Shown: positions 24,537 through 30,167 of the stretch, one piece after another
Position numbering within the stretch: position 1 is the stretch's first letter
Layout of the letters: each line of letters opens with the position of its first letter
Source: a virus
Lineage: Duplodnaviria; Caudoviricetes
Direction: 5' to 3' (one strand)
DNA: 30,167 bases
Virus record (IMG/VR): IMGVR_UViG_3300049166_000020
Coordinates: 1-30,167 of that record
Notes under the pieces: model-generated
What the model was told of the DNA's origin: nothing
The model's database searches: none
Seen by the model: the letters and a program-made list of their open reading frames with translations, nothing else
Program-made: the position numbers and the translations under genes

Positions 24537-26333
24537 TCAGAAGATGTCGGCCTCGGGCAGGGAGTCGGCGTCGGTGACGGAGCTGGCGAGCTGGCCGTCG
24601 ACGGCGAAGAACAGGGCGGGCATCCCGTCGATGCGCAGGCCGCTCTTGTGGCGTTCGGGCTTGACCGGGCGGATGCGGTCGGGGTCGTCCCGCGGCGACT
24701 TGGCCACGAGGTTGTCGGCCATCCAGCGGGAGACCGGGTTGCCGAAGGTGCGCAGCTCGTGGGCCTTGAGCATCCGCATGGTCTCGGTCATCGGGGCGGT
24801 CATCTTGTCGAAGGTCGTCCCTGACTCGACCATCTCCAGACCGGTGCGGGCCTGGACCTCCTGGCGGACGGGCTCGCCCGACCACCGGTCGTAGGTGACG
24901 TCGGTGATGGCGTACCGGCCGTGGTCTTCCTCGATGTCGGCGTACACGGCCTGGTAGTCGATGACGTCGCCGTCGGTGACGCGCACCCACCCGGCCGCCA
25001 CCCACTCGGAGAACCGGCCGTCGGTGTGCTCGTCGAGCTTGGGGACGATGGACTCCGGGCACCAGAACCGCCAGATCACGCTGCCGTCTGCGAACAACAG
25101 GCACCAGGCGGTGAGGTCGATCTTGGAGGACAGGTCGAGCCCCGCCCAGCACTTCTTGCCTTCGAGCTGGGGCAGGACCCAGTCCGGGGTCGGGGCGACC
25201 TCACCGGTGTTGGCGTCCCACAGGTCCATGGTGATCCAGCGGGTGATCTGCTGCACGCGCTGGTTCATCTGGAATTGGCGGAACCCGTTCTCCTTCGTCG
25301 GGCTGTCGCGGGCCTCCAGCGCCTGGCGGCGCATCGCCTCCCTCGACTTGAACTTGTCCAAGGCGGGGTTGGGCCAGGCCCAGTTCGCCTCGTCCCACGG
25401 GTCCAGGGACACCGGCAGGTCGGGGTGCCCGGGGAAGGTCCGGTGCAGCCGCTCCAGCTCGTCGTCGGAGCGGGGGGCCTTGCGCACGAACGCGAACACG
25501 TGCGGGGCCTTCGCCGGATCGGCCTGGATGGCTTCGGCCTCGTCGATCAGGTCCGCACCAAACGACGCGGCGTCGTTGGTCTCGGTGGTCGTGGCGAACA
25601 GCAGCTCCTGGGCGCGGGCACCGACCGCCGTGGTCATCGCCTCCCACAGGGACCCGTCCGGCTGGCTCAAGACCTCGTCGAGGCAGAAGGCATGTGGGTT
25701 GTGGCCCAGCTCGCCGGTCGCGTCGGCGGTGATGATCTCGTAGTGGGAGGCGGTCCGCTCGTCGTAGATACGCCGCGCGTTCTTGGTGTGCTTCAGCCGG
25801 CGAGCCAGCGGCGGGGAGAGCTGCACCATCCGCAGGGCGGGCTCGAAGACCTTCCCGGCCTGCTTGGTGTCCTTGGCCGCGCCGTAGACCTCCGCTGACT
25901 CCTCGTCGTCACCGACCAGCAGGTACAGCAGGATCGCGGCGGCCAGTTCGCTCTTCCCGTTCTTGCGGGCCACGACGATGTACGCGATCCGGTACCGGCG
26001 CACGTACCGGCCGTGGTCCTCGGACCAGATGACCTCGCCCAGCAGCGGCCGGGCGATCTCGTGCTCCTGCCAGTACCGGAGCACGAAGGCTTTGCGGGCG
26101 TGCGGGCCCTTGGTGTGCCGCAGCAGCTCCGCGCAGAACTTCACGAACTTGTCCGCGCGGGGCTCGCAGTAGTGCGCGCCCCGCTTGGTGCAGACCGTGT
26201 CGTCGAGCGTGTACCCGCAGACGCCGCCGCGCCGCGACCGGGGCCGCCACCGCCGGTTGTGGTCCGGGGCCCGGCGCTGTGCGCGGCGCGTGCGTCCGCC
26301 CTTAGGAGAGGAGCCTGTCCGCGCTGCGGCCAC
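24537..26333 (-). CDS. terL: Terminase large subunit
   Basis: Walker A ARKNGKS, CLDEV, GLDLSSKIDLTA, YDRW, RIDG. Confidence 0.96.
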   Translation of the reverse strand: MAAARTGSSPKGGRTRRAQRRAPDHNRRWRPRSRRGGVCGYTLDDTVCTKRGAHYCEPRADKFVKFCAELLRHTKGPHARKAFVLRYWQEHEIARPLLGEVIWSEDHGRYVRRYRIAYIVVARKNGKSELAAAILLYLLVGDDEESAEVYGAAKDTKQAGKVFEPALRMVQLSPPLARRLKHTKNARRIYDERTASHYEIITADATGELGHNPHAFCLDEVLSQPDGSLWEAMTTAVGARAQELLFATTTETNDAASFGADLIDEAEAIQADPAKAPHVFAFVRKAPRSDDELERLHRTFPGHPDLPVSLDPWDEANWAWPNPALDKFKSREAMRRQALEARDSPTKENGFRQFQMNQRVQQITRWITMDLWDANTGEVAPTPDWVLPQLEGKKCWAGLDLSSKIDLTAWCLLFADGSVIWRFWCPESIVPKLDEHTDGRFSEWVAAGWVRVTDGDVIDYQAVYADIEEDHGRYAITDVTYDRWSGEPVRQEVQARTGLEMVESGTTFDKMTAPMTETMRMLKAHELRTFGNPVSRWMADNLVAKSPRDDPDRIRPVKPERHKSGLRIDGMPALFFAVDGQLASSVTDADSLPEADIF

Positions 26334-26763
26334 GGCCCGTCTCCCTCGCCATGCGGATCTCCGACCGGGCGGACGGGGTCAGTCCGAACTCCTGGGCGAA
26401 GCCGCGCAGGGTCGCTGCGGCGTCGCGCTGGACCTGGACGACGGGGTTGCGCACGAGCGCCCCGCCCTTGGCCGAGCGGATGAGGATCCCGCTCTTGGCC
26501 AGGAGCGCGCACGCCTTTCGGTGGGTGACCACGGCTTCGCAGTAGGCGCGCAGCGCGTCGCGGTCGGCCGGGGTGGCGGTGCCCATCGCGGCGAGCTGGT
26601 CGACGGTGTAGTCCCACACGGCCCGCACGTCGGCCGACGCGTCGTCGGGGCACTCGGGGAGTCCGTCGCCGGGCACCGGCTCGTCGGTGTTGATCCGGTC
26701 GCGGCGGTCGCCGCGCAGCAGCCGCACGTTCGTCGGCGTCGGCCGGGGTCCGCGCTTACCCAC
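26302..26763 (-). CDS. terS: Terminase small subunit, P27 family
   Basis: GKRGPRPTPT...LLRG, YCEA, NP, EFGLTPSARS; GTG 26763 has a well-spaced AAAGGGGG RBS. Confidence 0.93.
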   Translation of the reverse strand: MGKRGPRPTPTNVRLLRGDRRDRINTDEPVPGDGLPECPDDASADVRAVWDYTVDQLAAMGTATPADRDALRAYCEAVVTHRKACALLAKSGILIRSAKGGALVRNPVVQVQRDAAATLRGFAQEFGLTPSARSEIRMARETGRGRSADRLLS

Positions 26764-26817
26764 TCTCGACACCCCCTTTCACCTGGGAAAAGGCACTCAT
26801 TTCACCCCGGCTGAGTC

Positions 26818-26865
26818 TTGGCTCTCACCGGGGCCTCCGTCATACTTAAAACATAACCAGTACAG
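26818..26865 (+). promoter_or_regulatory. Sigma70-type promoter with 26-bp repeat, copy 1
   Basis: TTGGCT-N17-CATACT; TCATACTTAAAACATAACCAGTACAG at 26840-26865. Confidence 0.75.
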
Positions 26866-26889
26866 CACTATCAACGAAAGAGAGCCCCC

Positions 26890-27210
26890 GTGAAGCCTCC
26901 GACCCACCGCGTCAACGGCATCGCCTACTGCGACACCTCACGCCTCCCCGTGCTGCGACAGCAGCCGAAGTGGGGCAGCCCCGAAGAGGGGGCCCAGCTG
27001 ATCGAGACCCTGGCCGATCTGTATGACGACATCGAGACCCACATCGGCACCCAGGCGATGACCGCCGTAGCGGGGTCCGGAGAGCTCTGGTACGTCGTCG
27101 GCCTTCGCGCCGCCGACTCCGTGACGGTCAAGCTCTCGTGCCAGTGCCACGCTCGCGAGATGGCCCGCGACCTCTTCAGCCTCGCGCACGCCCCCGACGA
27201 GCGCGACTAG
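26890..27210 (+). CDS. Hypothetical protein
   Basis: GAAAGAGAG RBS, downstream of promoter copy 1; high-GC codon usage. Confidence 0.75.
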   Translation: MKPPTHRVNGIAYCDTSRLPVLRQQPKWGSPEEGAQLIETLADLYDDIETHIGTQAMTAVAGSGELWYVVGLRAADSVTVKLSCQCHAREMARDLFSLAHAPDERD

Positions 27211-27261
27211 CAGACCCCTTCCCACCTGGGAAAACTCTCGAAAACGGGCCCAGCGCACGTC

Positions 27262-27309
27262 TTGTGCCATCCCGGACAGCCCCTCATACTTAAAACATAA
27301 CCAGTACAG
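27262..27309 (+). promoter_or_regulatory. Sigma70-type promoter with 26-bp repeat, copy 2
   Basis: TTGTGC-N17-CATACT; identical 26-mer at 27284-27309. Confidence 0.75.
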
Positions 27310-27337
27310 AGCTAGTCAAGATATGAGAGGGCCCACC

Positions 27338-27553
27338 ATGAACCCCGCCGAACTCGCCACCGCCATCGCCTTCGTCTTCAACGAAGAGCTGTCGCTCGCC
27401 ATCGAGGAGACCACCGGCTCCGACGACGTGTACGTGTCCGAAGCCACCACCTACGAGAACGCCGGGATCACCGCCCTCGCGGGAGTCGTGCTGACCCTCT
27501 CCGACGGCTCCGAGTACCAGATCACCGTTCACCCCTCGCGCCCCGCGCGCTGA
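27338..27553 (+). CDS. Small acidic protein, 71 aa
   Basis: GAGAGG RBS before ATG 27338; TYENAG...GVVL.LSDGSEYQITV. Confidence 0.8.
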   Translation: MNPAELATAIAFVFNEELSLAIEETTGSDDVYVSEATTYENAGITALAGVVLTLSDGSEYQITVHPSRPAR

Positions 27554-27558
27554 TCTCG

Positions 27559-27587
27559 CGCCCCGGGCAGCACGCCTGCCCGGGGCG
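27559..27587. terminator. Intergenic stem-loop
   Basis: CGCCCCGGGCAG-CACGC-CTGCCCGGGGCG. Confidence 0.55.
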
Positions 27588-27637
27588 CTCCCGCCCCATC
27601 TGAACACCCGACGCAGTACCCGAAAGGAACCAGACCA

Positions 27638-28642
27638 GTGGCTCACGAACTCGAGCAGTTCTCCGACGGATCCACCGCCTTCGTCTCCGCCCGGCTCGAC
27701 GCCTGGCACCGACTCGGCACCGTGCTCCCCAGCACGTTCACCGCCGAAGAGGCCATGACCACCGCCCACCTGGGCGGGTGGAACGTCCGCAAGTCCCCGC
27801 TCCAGACCGTCGTCGACGAGCGGACCCTGACCGTCCCCGGGGCCTACGCCACCGTCCGCACCCACCCCAAGACCGGGGAGCCCGACGTCCTCGGGTACGT
27901 GGGTGAGCAGTGGCAGCCCGTCCAGAACGAGGAACTCGCCGACTTCCTCAACGTCCTGTCCGACGAGTCGGGCGCGCACTTCGAGACCGCCGGGAGCTTG
28001 AAGGAAGGGCGGCACGTCTTCATCACGATGAAGATGCCCGAGGCGATGACCATCGGGGACGGCACCGACGACCTCGACCTGTACATCGCCGCGATGAACG
28101 CCCACGACGGCACGGCCAGCATGCGCGCCGTCGTGTCCCCGGTCCGCATCGTGTGCGCGAACACCCAAGCCGCCGCGCTGCGTCAGGCGCGTTCGACCTT
28201 CACGATCCGCCACACGAGCGGGGTCACCTCCAAGGTCGCCGAAGCGCGCGAAGCGCTGCGACTGACCTGGAAGTACCTCGAAGCGTTCCAGCTCGAAGCC
28301 GAGCGGATGCTGCAGACGAGCATGAGGGACGTCGACTTCACCAACAAGATCCGCCGCCTGTTCCCGATCGACACCGACGCCGGAAAGCGCGCCAAGGAGA
28401 ACAACGACGCACTGCTTGCCCAGCTCCGCCACCTGTACTCCGAGGCCGACACGAACGCGAACATCCGGGGCAGCCGATGGGCGGGCTACCAGTCCGTCGT
28501 CGAGTACCTCGACCACTACGCCCCCGTCCAGGGGGCCGACGACGAGACCGCCCTGTCGATCCGCGCCGAGCGGGTCCTCATCCAGAACAGCGTGACCAAG
28601 CTCAAGCGCGCCGCGTTCGACGCGTTCGTCCTCGCGAGCTGA
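27638..28642 (+). CDS. DUF932-family phage/plasmid protein
   Basis: MAHEL..AWHRLG, PVQNEE, FETAGSL..GR.VF, N.HDG, P.RIVCANT, IRHT, RGSRW..Y..V.EY.DH motifs; GAAAGGA RBS. Confidence 0.9.
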   Translation: MAHELEQFSDGSTAFVSARLDAWHRLGTVLPSTFTAEEAMTTAHLGGWNVRKSPLQTVVDERTLTVPGAYATVRTHPKTGEPDVLGYVGEQWQPVQNEELADFLNVLSDESGAHFETAGSLKEGRHVFITMKMPEAMTIGDGTDDLDLYIAAMNAHDGTASMRAVVSPVRIVCANTQAAALRQARSTFTIRHTSGVTSKVAEAREALRLTWKYLEAFQLEAERMLQTSMRDVDFTNKIRRLFPIDTDAGKRAKENNDALLAQLRHLYSEADTNANIRGSRWAGYQSVVEYLDHYAPVQGADDETALSIRAERVLIQNSVTKLKRAAFDAFVLAS

Positions 28643-28783
28643 CCCAGACCCCCGACGCGGGGCCGGTGACCGTCCCACCGCCCCGCGCCGGGCCCACCGT
28701 CCCGGCGTGGGACACGCGACCGGGCGCACCGCGCCCACCGACTCGCTTCCCACGCCGGGGCCCCACCCCAGAGAGGGGACCCG

Positions 28784-28981
28784 ATGGACCCGACCGCCCG
28801 TCGCCTGCGCGCCGCACGCGCCCGCCTGTCGATGACGACCTACCGGCACCGCCACCCCGACATGGCGCAGGCCGACCTGACCACCCGGATGCTCGCCCTG
28901 CTCGCCGACGTCGACCGTCGCCGCACGCGCCGGCTGCTCGCCGCCGTGCTGCGACCCCGTCCCGAAGGGACTGCCCGATGA
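28784..28981 (+). CDS. Small basic hypothetical protein
   Basis: GAGGGG RBS; ATGA overlap with the clamp gene. Confidence 0.6.
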   Translation: MDPTARRLRAARARLSMTTYRHRHPDMAQADLTTRMLALLADVDRRRTRRLLAAVLRPRPEGTAR

Positions 28982-30135
28982 TCACCACCAGCGCGGGAGC
29001 GCTGCGCTCCGCGCTCTCCGCCACCAGCCTGATCCGCCGTGCCCGCCCGGCCCTGCCCATCCTCGCCGGGGTCCTCATCCAGGCCCGGGACGGGGCCGCG
29101 ACCGTCACCGGCTACGACCTCGACACGTGCATCACCATGACCCTGCCCGGGGAAGCACCCGGGCCGGACCACCGGTTCGTTGTCGACCACACCGCCCTGA
29201 TCAGAGCCGTCAAGGCCGTGCGCGGGTCCGCCGCCACGCTCGCTGACGTGCCCGCCACGTTCACCCTCCACGGGCAGACCGTGACCGTGGCCGTGGGCGC
29301 CACCACCACCGAGCTGAAAACGCTGCCCGTCGTCGACTGGCCGGTCACGCCCGCCCAGGTTCCGCCCGGCTACGGGGTCGACCGCGCCGAGTTCGCGCGC
29401 GTCGCGCGCGCCGCGGCTTCCGCTGTCGAGCGGCTCGACGCCTTGCCCGTGCTGACCGCTATCCACCTGCGGATGTCCTCCGAGGAGATCGTCTGCGAGG
29501 CCACCGACCGGTACCGGGTAGTGAGCGTGCGCACCCCCACCGTTGCCGCGCTGTCCCCGGGGCCGCCCGCGTCCGTGCTCGTGCCCGGCCGCATGTTCGC
29601 CAAGGTCCTGACGAAGTCCCCTCATACGCACGCCGCCATCGGAGTGAGCGCCGACCCGCGCGGCGAGGGATGGGTGAGCGTCCACAGCGGGCCGCTCGCC
29701 GCGACCCTGCGCCTGACCTCCGGTACGCCCGTATCCCTTGCCCCGTGGGTGCCCCGCGAGTCCGAGACGACCGCGACCGTGAACCGGAAGGCGTTCGCTG
29801 CGCTGCTCGCCGTCGCTGACACGAACGCGCAGGGTCATCGATTCCCACAGGTGACCGTGCGCATGAGCGTCGACAGCATCTCCGTGTCCGCCGACCCGAC
29901 CGTCGAGGGCACGCCCATCAGCGCCGACGTCCACGGCGTACTCGCCCCCGTGACGTTCACCGCCCGGTACCTGTCCGACGCGTTCGCCACCATGCGGGCC
30001 ACCACCGTCACCCTGCACCTGTCGCCGGGCCGCAAGGTCGCCTCGCTCGTACCCGAGGGGGTACCGCTCGCGCTGACCGCCGAGCACCTGCACATGATCG
30101 CGCCCGTCAAGCCCGTCAAGCCCATCCGGCTCTGA
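28978..30135 (+). CDS. Divergent DNA polymerase III beta sliding clamp homolog (DnaN-like)
   Basis: Real start is ATG 28978 (385 aa); RPALPILAGVLI, GYDLD, LPVLTAI, ATDRYR, FTARYLSDA and C-terminal MIAPVK. Confidence 0.85.
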   Translation: MITTSAGALRSALSATSLIRRARPALPILAGVLIQARDGAATVTGYDLDTCITMTLPGEAPGPDHRFVVDHTALIRAVKAVRGSAATLADVPATFTLHGQTVTVAVGATTTELKTLPVVDWPVTPAQVPPGYGVDRAEFARVARAAASAVERLDALPVLTAIHLRMSSEEIVCEATDRYRVVSVRTPTVAALSPGPPASVLVPGRMFAKVLTKSPHTHAAIGVSADPRGEGWVSVHSGPLAATLRLTSGTPVSLAPWVPRESETTATVNRKAFAALLAVADTNAQGHRFPQVTVRMSVDSISVSADPTVEGTPISADVHGVLAPVTFTARYLSDAFATMRATTVTLHLSPGRKVASLVPEGVPLALTAEHLHMIAPVKPVKPIRL

Positions 30136-30167
30136 CGCCCTCGTGCCGCCCCCGGGGCGGGCGGGGG

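Larger units (their letters stand above)
3110..30135. mobile_element. Siphovirus-like phage/prophage morphogenesis and lysis region; ends lie outside the window or are not identifiable
   Basis: Complete, ordered packaging-head-tail-lysis gene set. Confidence 0.95.

Noticed and set aside
3080-26000. Many long alternative-frame or antisense ORFs (e.g. 5450-7138 +, 7092-8618 +, 9911-11524 -, 13213-14541 +)
   Set aside because: Expected in high-GC DNA with few stop codons; R/G/P-rich, no motifs, and they overlap well-supported genes.
26840-27309. 26-bp direct repeat as a CRISPR array or att core
   Set aside because: Only two copies, separated by a whole gene, both in promoter geometry; no cas or integrase gene nearby.
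27910-28977. 741-aa ORF suggesting a long N-terminal fusion to the clamp
   Set aside because: The upstream part is an Arg/Pro-rich off-frame shadow of the DUF932 gene; the real start is ATG 28978 with an RBS and ATGA coupling.
28978-30135. Host dnaN or an antibiotic self-resistance clamp
   Set aside because: No dnaA/recF/gyrB context, no biosynthetic genes, and the sequence looks too divergent.

Overview
High-GC actinomycete DNA carrying most of a siphovirus-type (HK97-like head) phage or prophage. A nearly continuous minus-strand late operon runs from 26763 down to 3110: small and large terminase, portal, MuF-like protein, prohead protease, major capsid, head-tail connectors, major tail protein, tail chaperones with a -1 frameshift, tape measure protein with an NlpC/P60 domain, Dit, minor tails, an SGNH-hydrolase tail protein, membrane/holin genes and an amidase endolysin. 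Two plus-strand accessory clusters flank it. The left one (1-3019) converges on the lysin at a bidirectional terminator and holds two BldC-like HTH proteins and two paralogous CPPWC-domain proteins. The right one (26890-30135) diverges from terS, has two near-identical promoter cassettes, and encodes small unknown proteins, a DUF932-like protein and a divergent beta sliding clamp. Other notable signals are an identically spaced hairpin/leader motif before only the capsid and major tail genes, AT-rich synonymous patches inside the tape measure gene, an antisense moron where the neck gene normally sits, and a displaced neck gene with a second tail chaperone. No integrase, att site, tRNA or CRISPR array is visible. 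All family assignments come from motif recognition by eye, not database searches.
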